Source of the DNA: Seison nebaliae
Lineage: Eukaryota
DNA length: 64,000 bases
Direction: 5' to 3'
Assembly: GCA_023231475.1 (NCBI GenBank)
Contig: JALJEE010002473.1
Coordinates: 1 to 64,000, forward strand
Shown: positions 40,145 to 52,381 of the stretch, one piece after another
How the letters are laid out: the number at the start of each line of letters is the position of its first letter
Position numbering within the stretch: position 1 is the stretch's first letter
The notes under the pieces: model-generated
Seen by the model: only the letters and a program-made list of their open reading frames with translations
Told to the model about the DNA's origin: nothing
Database searches by the model: none
Translations under genes and position numbers: made by a program

Positions 40145-41163
40145 TTTTTAAATCCTCTCTCACTGTCTGATAGGAAAGACAAGAATAAAGAAATCAATCA
40201 TGAAAATGGGACTAGTGGGGAGAAAAAGTGATTTATAAACAATAAAATATTCTTTCTAAAATACTATTATTCTAATAACTGTTAAAGAGAAATTATTACT
40301 TCTTAACTCTACAATATTTGCTATTTGGCAAATACAGGAAGTAATTTCGCAGTTCAATTAAAACTATTAGTCCTTACATAACTTCTGATTTGAGGACAGG
40401 TACTAAGGAATCTCGAATAATATCAATTCATTCAACGACAATCTCTCAAAGATTATTCAATACTATCTCCTTTCTATTCAAACATTCTCAACGAAAATAA
40501 CTCGAAAAATTATACAAGTTCACTCGTTGAGTTACTCAACAATTTGAGTTGAAAATCGAGGAAGGAATCAAGAAATAAGGATTAAATGAGATCGAGGTTA
40601 AAGTGATGGTTTAAATGACAAAATAATTTCGTGTATTTACGATTATTTGAATAAATTGTACTTTTTTCTAAAACAAGAAAATGGTTTTACTTAAGTTTCT
40701 AATGAGAACCATTCACGATATTTCATAATATTAGCAACTAACGACCTAACAAAAGATTTGTTATATTGTTTCTTCTCTTTAAAAAAAAAGAGTTCAAAAA
40801 TAATTGAAAGAATACTGGAAGAAGTATTAGTAGCAAGACTCTAAAAAAAATAGTAAAAGGAACTGAAAGAATGTTAAAATAAACTTCCTTAGCAGTCCGA
40901 ATTTTTCAACATAGTTTTTTCTCTCGTTCAATTTCATAGATGTATGTACCCATTACAGTTTCTAGTAAATGATAGTTGAGTTGGAAATAAAATATATATT
41001 CTGATTCCATGGGAGTTGGAATAATTTCGGATGGAATATCGTTCCAATATTCGTTGGGTGAGAAAGAATGACGATGTAATATTGACGTAAATGAATAGAA
41101 ATCTTTAGCATCTTATTGTTGGAATAGAGTATCGGATGTCAACATTTTTATTCGATTTGATGG

Positions 41164-41164
<1 letters not shown>

Positions 41165-41194
<30 letters not shown>
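41165..41194. repeat. (GAT)10 microsatellite
   Basis: Read directly from the sequence. Confidence 0.9.
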
Positions 41195-41195
<1 letters not shown>

Positions 41196-42343
41196 ATAAT
41201 TCATTCGATTTGTCTCTAAACGCTAAACATCATTATTATCATCATCAATCGAGAAGAGAAAAAGAGAATTGAAATGAGTATTGGAAAAGAAGAATAGATG
41301 AAACGCAATATGGTTAATATCGTGCCAATTAATTAATAATAAGAGGAAGAACTGACGATAATTCTTTAGAGTACTCATGGTAATGACGATGATATGGACA
41401 ACATGTAAATGAGAGAAGACGTCAAAAATGATAATAATTTCAAATTAGATCGACTGAAACTTCCTTCTCCTTTAATATTTATATGATCTCTAAATATACA
41501 CATTCTTTCTCCTCCAATGTTCTTTATTATTATAGTTTATGATTCACGTATAGATTAGTAGTTAAGGAATATCATTATGGTTGATGATGGAATGAAATTA
41601 AAAGTTTAATGAAAAATAGAATTAGAAATTATTAGATCATTACAAATTCATTATGTCAGGTGAATGGAACAAACAAATAGAGACTAAACTTGTCATTGAA
41701 ATAACGATTGTTCGATATATCAAACAATTTTCTGAATAATTTCTTCTTCTAAATGTATTGATCGAGCAAAATCAATGTCAAACATTAATGAAATCAATCG
41801 TAGTCTATGATAATAATTACAATTTAATATCTAAAGCCTCCGCAACCATCACACACACATTGATACAATCAAATATCGAACAAATCTCATTTACAATTTC
41901 CAACATATACAAGTTTTAGTATACCTAAATAGTTGAACTTTTCTAATAGAACTTTCATTCAATTACAATCGATTGTAGTTTCCTTCTCCCTCTACGGTAA
42001 AATTAGCAAAATTCCCAAAAAAAATCAAGGATTTTCATAGTGAAAGATGAACATTTTGTGGTTTTTCTATTTATTTCATAGATTTCTTCCATTTATTTCG
42101 AGAAGAAATAACAATCATTCTTAATATGTTCTTGTCAGGTGTTGTTTCTTATTTTTTTAACATGTTCCAATTAAACTATTAATGATTTGTCTTTTGACGT
42201 TTTTCGGGGAAAGTGAAGGAAAGTTGAAATATTTTGATTATATTTTTCAGAATAGAATACATCAGAATTCAAGAGAACTTTAAAAAATATGTAAAATAAT
42301 GATTTTTGAATAAATTAATCAAAGTCGTTTCCAAGTTGTATTA

Positions 42344-45300
42344 TTAACTAAAAATTGTTACCACTTCTTTACCGGAACCTCTAATTACTAATAATCGGTC
42401 AAGTTTCTGTGTTAATGCTTCACAATATTCCATATCTATTCACAGAAAAGTTATGAGGGAAATTTAAAATGAAAGTAAATGTAACATCTATAATCAGCGG
42501 CAGAATTCAAAAATTTCGGGGGTGACGGTAAATTGATGATAACGAGTTGTGCATCTTGTGAATTCTTAACGATCGTCTCATTCAATTTGACGGCGGTGTG
42601 CATTTTTCGAACGATTGCATTGCTGAAAAAAGATATTAATATTAAAACGAAAATTATGATGAATAAAAAGTGGAACTCTTTATGGAACATTTGGGTGAAT
42701 TTTGCGGCGACAGCTGGTGTAAATGTATATTGATTAAGATTATTTAAATCGATATCTTCAATGTTTGCTGCAATTGGTGGCTCTGGTTGTTTTTCCATTC
42801 CAACATTATGGGCATTATCGATAATTTGTTGTGGCTAAAAAAAAGAAGAAATTAAATTTGAATTTTCTATGAAGGAAATGTTATTAACATCCATTTGTTT
42901 GAAGGATTTGATGAGTTCTCTTCGTTGTTCCATTTTCATTGTTCTCTCATAAGTGTATGCAGAAATACTTTGATCAACCATTTCGACAACTTCTACTTCC
43001 GCTTTAATTCGGAGATAATACAAATATCGTTCCAAATCGATTTTCATTTGAACTGAATTATCGACAACTTGAGCAACAGCAAAGACACGTAACGCACAAT
43101 TTTCCCATGTTCGATGTTTCTTTAAGAGAAACGTTAACAATAACAATAAACCACCATCATGAATAATCCACCAGATGTCCATCGTCCCTTTTAATCGGTC
43201 AGTTTTTTCTGGAAAATTATCGAGACCTTTCGTTACAATCAATGCTCGATGACTCACTTCACAAGCACGAACAAAATGGAGAAATAATTCACCTGATGCA
43301 TCCATATCACCCCAATGTTGTCGCCATTGTTTTGGCCAATCGATAACAATTGTATTAGCTCTCAATCCACCAATTCCATTCGTTTGAATTATTGAAGATA
43401 TTCCTTCTTTAATATGAGGCGTTACAACGACATCAGTGAAACCTTTGACATTGATATTTCCCATATTATCTCTTAACGATCTTTTCATCACCTCCACGTC
43501 AGGATAACGCTTTAAATAATCACCTTCTAATAAACTACAGGCGATGGTCAATCCTTTACCGGTTTTCAACATGTGAGCTAAATGAAATAATTTCTCATGT
43601 GTCACTTGCAAATCGGGTGATGGAGATGCAAATAACAATAATTGTGGTCTCCAACTTCTAACATTTGTTATCTCTTTATCCGACAATCTCAATAATGCAG
43701 CAATTGCACCTTTCAAATTCAATCCACGAACACCAACTCCCCATTCATTTTCTGCTCCTTTATATTCGATATATTTATAAAGAACAACAGCTATCGCTAC
43801 AGCAACCAATGCATAATACCAATTACATAGAAACATAATAACGATACATAATAACATTCCGATAATTGATAATGTCCAATGATAATATTTAAATCGAGGA
43901 CGCCAATTCGGTTCTTGTGTAATCGTTTGAATGGCGCAAGTGGCATTGATACACAAATAACACATCAAGAAGAATATTGATACAATTGGAGTTAAATTAT
44001 CAATATTGGCGATCAATATACCGAATTCAGCTATTACTGTTGTTATCAGAATGGCCCTGATCGGTTCACCACGTTTTGTTACAGGTTTGAAAAATTTCAA
44101 AACAGGAATTATATCATCTTTGGCGACAGCGTTCAATAAACGATTTGCACTTGCCAATGATTGCAATCCAGCTCCAACGGTAGACAAGAATGCTCCAATG
44201 AGAAAGACCCAATAATGTGGCCATGATAATTTTGCCGCTGTCATCGCTTTCCCAATACTATCACCAAATTTATCTCTTAAAAGATATTCGTCAATCGTCG
44301 CACCAAACAATATGAAACATAAAATATAAACGACTGTTGTTGTTAGTTGGGCGGCTAATGTGCCAATTGGTATACTACCAGCGGCATCCTTCAAATCACC
44401 AGAACGATTAGAACCGGCCATTACACCGGTAACAGCAGGAAATAAAATTCCTATTAAGAATATCCATGATGTATGATCTTGTGATACCACTTCACCACGA
44501 CCATCAAAATCACCATCTTTCTCTGGTAACACTTCTCCTTTCTTCATATATTTCTTCCACAAATTCGATTCAATCACTTTCTTCTTGTAACCAGGAAATG
44601 CTGGAACATATCGAACTTTCGATACTAAATCATTTATTAATGTTGCTCGATCTTCAATCTGTTGTTCCTTCTTCGTTACATCACTTAATTGTTCACTAAG
44701 CACTTCCGCTTCCGCAATAAAATTCGAAATATTTTTGATATTTTTCGTGTATAAATCATAAATTGGACAAATGAATTGTTCTTCACCATTGGTGCTATTA
44801 CAAAATTGTTCGCCCGTACAGTATGCCGTTCCGTTAACGGTGAAGACGTTGGATCTCATTAATCGATTTCCATACAAACAAATACGATCGGATGGTGGTG
44901 AAAATATGGTTTTAATGAAACCGGCAAATAAACAAAGAATTGCGAATAATACGCAAACTAATGCAACTAATCCAACTTTTGAAACGAATTTTATACCGAA
45001 TAATGTACAAACTAACACAATTACCAATAAAATCGTTCCATAAACACGATAATTATTAAATGCGTTCGACATCACTTCTACGTCTCCAAACAATGACAAT
45101 TTGGGCGAAATATATTTCAATAAAATTTCCACTGCACCAACCAAATATTGAGCACATCCAACTGTATTTCCGAGCCAGAATAAAACGCCGATTGCCCCAC
45201 CAATCTCAGGACCGAGACTTCTCGATATCATAAAATATGGTCCACCACCAGAAACGATTCCATTTGTAGCAATGGCACTAAGTGAAATAGCCGTTAAGAA

Positions 45301-46065
45301 TGTACAAGATGCACAAGTGAAAATGAGTGCTAATGTCTCCAATAATCCCGCATGTCCCACAATCCACGAGAAACGAATAAATAATAAAACTCCAAAAATA
45401 TTCTGACAACATGGCAAGTAGACGCCTAACATTGTGCCTAAATTTGCTGATTTTCTACTACCTTTTGACTTCTCTGCATCTTCTTCCGTTCCAGCACTTC
45501 CATGTGTCGAATCCACTTTCTCATGTTCGGAACTTGGCATGACACTCGAATAATTTTTCATATTCTCCAGAAACTTCGAAAGACCTTTCTTCTCGAAAAT
45601 TGGTAGATCATTTTCCACATGTGCTTCATGTTGAACTTGAATTGATTTGGGTATTAAATTCTGTCGTTCAGTATCAACCAATATCGGTTTCTTATCATCC
45701 ACATTCTCTTCATGATTCTCCCGTGGTTCATAATGTATCGGTGATTTCTCCGTCGGTTGAACAAGAAAACGGACTGATGACTTTGTTTCAGGTTTTCCGG
45801 CAGAAGTTACATCACTGACATCTGGTGATTTTGGTACTCCAACTGTCGATACAACAAATCGACTAACTGGTTCAGTATCAATTTCTGTTTTCTTTTCATC
45901 TTCTTTCACTTCACTCACTTTATTCTCTCCCACTTCTTTCCCATCTTCTTTCTTATTGTTATTGTTATTGTTATTCTGATTATCGTTCTGATCATTTTCT
46001 TGAACAATAACTAAATCATCACTTGTTTCTGTTGATTTATCATCATTATTCTCATCATTGTTCAT
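42344..46065 (-). CDS. K-Cl cotransporter (SLC12A4-7/KCC family); ~3.2-kb first coding exon plus 3 small 3' exons
   Basis: [108 protein letters not shown]-terminal [12 protein letters not shown]. Confidence 0.96.
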
Positions 46066-47064
46066 AGTGTTGGAAGACTAGAGAAAGGAAGAAGAAATTT
46101 ATGAAAATAGAATAGTTTATAATAAATATTCAAATAAATTCTCTTATTGTGTCCATTTAGCAAATAGGAATCGTATTCAAATATACTTATATGAATAGGA
46201 GGAGAATTTAAAATAAACAAAACACATGTTATTACGAATAGAGAGAAAAAGGCGGAAAATACAAGTAGTATTGTTCGATAAGGTCCATGAGCACGTTAAA
46301 ATGTGTGAACGAAAATCTCATTATTCTCTTGTTAACGGAATTAGTTTTCTTCACTGCAAACACCAATTACACCGTTCAACTATTACAATGTCGTCGAATC
46401 TTTCATTCCCATACAAAATTCATCTTTTTTCCTCATATATTTCATTTACCAGTTGAAATAGAAAGCCCACGATCTCATTTCGATGAAAATAAACAAAGAA
46501 ATTGTAGTATTTGATTAATATTTCGTACGAAATTCGTACAATTCGTCCATTTTCTTCGTATGATCCAGATTATTTCAATTATCCTCTTCTAAAATCTCCC
46601 CCACTACTATCCATCATATTTGTATTATTAAACAAATGCACACTTAATACAACACATATACATATAACTTGTTTATTTCGGTCATTGTACAAAAATTATC
46701 CATATATATTCCTTGTCTCATGTCAATAATTCCATGAGAGATATATAAATTTTTTATGAATATTATTTCATATAATTACATCCAATTATCCATTACATGT
46801 GTGAGATAAAGTTTATAATTTATAGATGGAAGAAAGACACCAGAAATGAAAAAATTCAAAATTTTCTTCAACTTCATTTTGTACATGTTCCTATTGAAAT
46901 TCATATGAATTTCTTTCGATTTCGAATAAAAAAAAAGTCAAATATTTAATGAATTAACTGAATAATAATATAAAATTAATTAAACAATTAATTAATCGAT
47001 TATTCCAATTGAATAAGATAATTTAATCAGTGGAGAAAAAAGGGGGAAAAATAAATAAATTGAA

Positions 47065-47472
47065 TTAGAAGAAGTAAAAGGTGAAACTAACTGGTTGGAT
47101 ATGACGTTTCAAAATGCTTTTCAAATTAGCAATCGACGACCTTCTTTTTCGTATATTTGTCAATATAATTTTATTATCATCATTCGATGTTGGTTTTGTA
47201 TAAGATTTACTATTATAATTGTTATTCGGATATTGTGTTCTTGGATGGACATCAATATTTTGATACTCGTCAATTATTTTTAAATTTTTATCTATTTCAT
47301 TTCTCTTTAATGATCTTCTTTTTCCAATTGAGTTCTTCTTCATATTTTCAACAGAATTCTTTCTTTCAGTCAATTTTTCATTATTTATTGATGAGTCTAT
47401 AAAGGGTATTGGTGAGTCATTGAAACAAAGTCGAAATTGTCCAGTTGATAAACTATTAAATTTTTTATCCAT
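47065..47472 (-). CDS. Possible exon of an orphan low-complexity protein
   Basis: 135-aa ATG ORF with KRRS and RKRRSS motifs, ending at a likely GTTAGT donor. No recognisable domain. Confidence 0.35.
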   Translation of the reverse strand: MDKKFNSLSTGQFRLCFNDSPIPFIDSSINNEKLTERKNSVENMKKNSIGKRRSLKRNEIDKNLKIIDEYQNIDVHPRTQYPNNNYNSKSYTKPTSNDDNKIILTNIRKRRSSIANLKSILKRHIQPVSFTFYFF

Positions 47473-50400
47473 TTTAATTCTGATAAAATGAATGTGAAAA
47501 AATTATCATAATTCACATCGGATAATTGTTTGATACAAAACAACCGTTTTTGGTTTATGTTATAAAAATATTATGTTTATTTCGAAAATATATCATTAAA
47601 TTGACTTATTTATTTGATAGGAATTTTAAAGAAGGATTGATTGGCATTCGTCATTCATAATAATAATTCATGGGAGAATTGTGTCCATTTGGAAAATTGA
47701 ATTAATTTCTCGAATTTGATGAAGCAGATGAATGAAGAAAGATTGATTGAGAACTATAATATTCCCATATATAAAATGGAGAAGATTTATTATTTTTTTC
47801 TTATTCAATTTTTATAAGATTTCTTCAATTTCTTGTCAAATAGATTTGTCATACTCAAACTCTCTTTCGACGTCTATAATAGAATTATATGAAGAATTAA
47901 GGAATTGATTGCGAAATGGGAAGTCTAAATTAAAAATATTATTTTCGTCCGACACACAAAAAACAGAAAGACAATTTTTATGATGCATTTCCCATTTATT
48001 TGATTTCCATTACGGAATTGAATGAGAGAAAATTATTCTCCAATTCTATATGCCAATCCGATTCTTCTAAACGTAAGATTTCCGTATAGTTGTAATAATT
48101 AATATTCTCCCTAAACGGAAACATCATTGGAAACTTTCAAATTATTTTATGAAGTCATTATTAATTAATAACGATCAATTGAACTATTACGAAAAATTAT
48201 ACTTGAAAAATATATTAATAATTTTGAATTGATAAACAAGTCATTCGTTTGTTTTTGGGATGGAAATAAAAAACAAGAATAATTATCATTAATTAATTCC
48301 AGTTCAAGTCTTGATGAAACAATTTATTTGTTATTTATTTTCTTTGAATCTTGTTGTTAGAAAAGTTGGTTGATGGAAGAAATTGTATGAATGAATAATA
48401 TTAAAACTATAACATTCTATAACGGAAAGTAGGGAGAGAGGTATGATCTCTTATAAGAGGTGAGACTCATTTTATTTCAAGGAATTTTTGGATTGTATAT
48501 AAGATCATGGATAAGAAGGGATATATTTATATATAATACGATGAAATAAAAGTGGAAAATTGCTACGAATAATTTCTAGTTTTATTTACATGCATCATGA
48601 ACAATAAATTTTGTATGGAAATAATGTTAATTGAAAAGATTCTTTTCAAACGATTCATTTGAAACGAATTACTCCTCACAATCCGAATTTAATACGTAAG
48701 GAAAAAAGGAAACTTATTAGAGAATATTTAGTTAGAGAAGAATATTAACTACAATCGTTAGGATCATCGTCCATATGCAATTCACAAATTGGTTAATACA
48801 AAAATTCATTGTTGCCATTTGGATAATATTCTGTCATTGATTATCTCTCTCTTTTGAAGACACTTATCTTCGTATTACTTTACTCTAAAGTCCATCAGTC
48901 TATTGTCGAGCACTTTTCCAATTTGATCGGATGAATGATCAATTTTTCTTCCGTTTCCATTCATTTCTCTTTTATAATTCCATATATGCGATTCAGCTAA
49001 GTCTAATGATTCTATATGGACATTAATTTCAATAAAAGTAACAACAACAAAGAAATATTCTCAATGTCAATATTCCGATAACTTCTTTTCCGTTTACTCG
49101 GATAAGATATTCTTCATAATATCATAATATTATCACAATGGAAGATGCACTGATTATGAAGAGTGAATGGTCTACAGTGAATCTAACAAAATATATTATT
49201 ATGAAGGAAACTCATCCAATTTTAAAAATTATTTCCAATGCATTCTAGTTGCAGCATATTGATGTGGAAAATGTATGTTTCCATATATCTCCATTATGCG
49301 GAATTTCACTTAAGAATATTCTAAGAAGAAACCATAGACGATAGTCATAATGTATGGAAGAATATTTCATAAATGGAATGATCAGAATTTTCAAAAGACA
49401 CTTGGATAAATATTTACAAGAAATATATTCAAGTTGAATGGAGAATTGGTCGAACGTCCAACGAAAATTATTTAACATTTGGAGAAGAATTGAAGTTAAA
49501 TCTCTGAAAATCTCTTAATAACCATGAAACATTTATTAGATAACATTAGTCATTATTGTAAAAGGAGACCATTGAAAATGTTAACATGTTTAGTAGATTG
49601 AGAAATATACACATCAAATATTATGCTCTTCATGATTTCATTAGAGGATAAATAAAGAGCAGATTAGAATAGATTAAAACAACACTTCCTGCCAATGCAA
49701 CTAATTGTGTTAGAATTTGGTGATTGGGCAAATTCACTTGAAGAAATATCATTAAATAATTCTCGAATATTTCTCTCGTCACGACATTAATTTTGGAATA
49801 ATTATCTATTTTCACACCTCTCCACTATCGTTCAATAATTGTGATACGTTGTTTGACATCAATACCAATCCTTATTTATCTTTCTTTCATTTATGTCTCA
49901 CTAAATTTATAATCACATTTTTTCTCCTTGAACGACCTCATTCGAGCTGAAACATTGACTTCCTTCTTCATTCCACCATTCTTCCAACACATAAACAATA
50001 ATGCTAACATTCTATAAACTGAGATAATTATTGTCCAATAAATTTTTCATATACAATTGTTCAATATCAGAATTTATCAAATTAATATGTAAATATTTAT
50101 TAGTTAAAACAATGATGATTTTTATTAGGATTTTCCCATTCCAGTACCCAAGAACCAGAAGATTTAAGATCCAAGAAATATAACATTCAAGTACGTATTT
50201 AAGTTGATTTTCCTTTCAAATTGCACTCATTATGACTCTGTTGATAATAAATTTTGTGATGTTCACCAAGTGACATATTATGGTCCATTACAAAGTTATA
50301 TACATTATGAGCAGGGTCACAGTATGGGTAGATGCTTAGGAAAAATGGCCTCTTCTGATATTTTATTGAAATTAATCTTAATAGATGATATATTGCATTA

Positions 50401-51968
50401 TATGTGTTATTACATGACTATATAGTGAAAGTTTTGAAATTTCGAGCACAGAAAATTAATTACATTTCATAATCCTATAATTCTACTATTATTTATCTAT
50501 TACAAACTGACATTCAACTGATTGTCAAAACTGAAAATAAGTTTGAACCTTTGGAGGAGAATATGATGATAAGTTATATGTATGTCATATATTTGTCATC
50601 CAACTTAACTTACAAAGAATTTGAGATTGAGAAATTTAATTGTCGAAAGTATTTTGGACGGTCCTTTTTCGAAACAAACAGTTTGAACGCTTTATTGGAA
50701 CAAATTTGATAATGGTAAGTATTCAGCAAAAAATACATTAACCGATGCGGTTCTGCATAATTCGTGAATGATATGAATGTGTTAAATCAGATGGTTATTA
50801 CGAAGAACACAATATATAAATGAAGCAGGATAGTCATTTTGGAGGTATCCGAAAGATTGAAAGACTCATAGTTCGTTCTATATAATTGGTATTTTATTAT
50901 GCGTATTTTAAATTATTGGTCAATAGCATTTCAAAATTCATATCAAAATTTAATAGGTCTAAAATATCTGTAGGGCAATTGATGAATGAAAAATAGAAAA
51001 TCACGACGTTGATCGTTAGAAATAAGTTGAAACCATCATAGTATATGATTTTTAAGATAGTCGTGAACCAAATAATCAATGAAAATTTGATCTACCAATT
51101 CTCTACCTTACATTATACAACCGAGTACCTTTGGAGAAAGTATAGGTATTAGATATTTGAGAAAAAATTCTATGGTTCCGAAATGGAGAATTAAATTAAC
51201 ATCCTTATTAATATTGAAGTCTCTCGACCCAGATTCGTTCTCTTCCACTTGTCCACATGATTAGTTAAATAGTGATTTATTTTAAACATCATTCTGTAAG
51301 CATTTCAATAACGCAATTAATATCTGACGAAAAGAAAGCTAGCAATACATCCATAAAATATATTATGAATTGGATTTCTCATTTCTACACACGGTGAGAT
51401 TAAATAACATAAAAGAAGAATAAGAGAGTTAAATATCTATATCTATTAACTATTATAAAGAGTGGGTTTATTATGGTTATTATTAATCACGAACGATTGA
51501 GGTAGTGAGTTTTTTATTCTATAAGCGGGTTATTTTTGAAATATTCTTGATAGAATTTGATAGTTAAATGAATTGATAGTTCCATTTAACTATCGAAGTT
51601 AATGGATTTTTATCCGAAAATATCCGTCTTTAGCAAAACTTGTGTAGTGAAATTTAATGCATCTTTTTTGCATATTAAATAACCGTTTCTTTTATCCTTG
51701 AATTAGAGAATTATGAATTGAGAATGATTTATGGTTTACGAACTACATCATCAGAGATGATGATATAATGTGCCAGGTAAATTTATATCCACTGTCCGAT
51801 ACCTGTCATGTCAATGTGAAAATGATAATTTGTGGATTGAGCGTTAGTTTACTAATTTCATACTAATTGTAAATTAGTTGTTCGGGATTATCATTATAAA
51901 AGACAAAAAGTTTTAAATAAAAGGCCTTCTCGTTAATCAGAAGATTTACAGATTTCCTTTTATAAGTC

Positions 51969-52381
51969 ATGACTAGGAAAAGTGTCTATGTTCTTCGAAT
52001 GTTGAAGAAGGGTTGCACAAATCGCCCATTTTTCATCATCACAGCATCATATGCACCGAAGAATTCGCCGGAAATAAAAGACATCGAACAAGTTTATTTT
52101 CCGTTGATGAAAAGAGATTATATTTGTTAATTAAGTTGGGAACATATGATCCGATGACGAATAAATATGGCGAGAAATTAACCGCATTGAATTATGATCG
52201 AATAAAAAATTGGATTTGTAAAGGAGCAATTCCCACAAAACCAGTCGCTCGATTATTAGGTTAACTATTATTTTTATAAAGAAAATTTTATTAGATTTAA
52301 ATTTAAGGTCTTAGTGGTTTCACATCAATTCATCCAACCACACGTTTAGCTTCATATTTGCATGAAGTGAATCTGGATTAA
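51969..52381 (+). CDS. MRPS16: Mitochondrial ribosomal protein S16, 3 exons
   Basis: Spliced product MTRKSVYVLRMLKKGCTNRPFFII...IEQ|LGTYDPMTNKYGEKLTALNYDRIKNWICKGAIPTKPVARLLG|LSGFTSIHP...NLD*. Contains the GCTNRPF and QLG.YDP..N..GEKL signatures. Confidence 0.92.

Noticed and set aside
44006..45818. Plus-strand ORFs inside KCC, and similar antisense ORFs inside METTL2, ALG6, RCAN, USP5 and RPL21
   Set aside because: Shadow ORFs of real genes with no independent coding signal.
49245..50425. Further RT relics (DVKQRI on the minus strand; YEQGHSMG...IDDIL on the plus strand)
   Set aside because: Too few, too degenerate motifs to call a family.
51755..51845. Possible C/D snoRNA upstream of MRPS16
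   Set aside because: A C box is present, but only a degenerate D box and no guide I could match with confidence.
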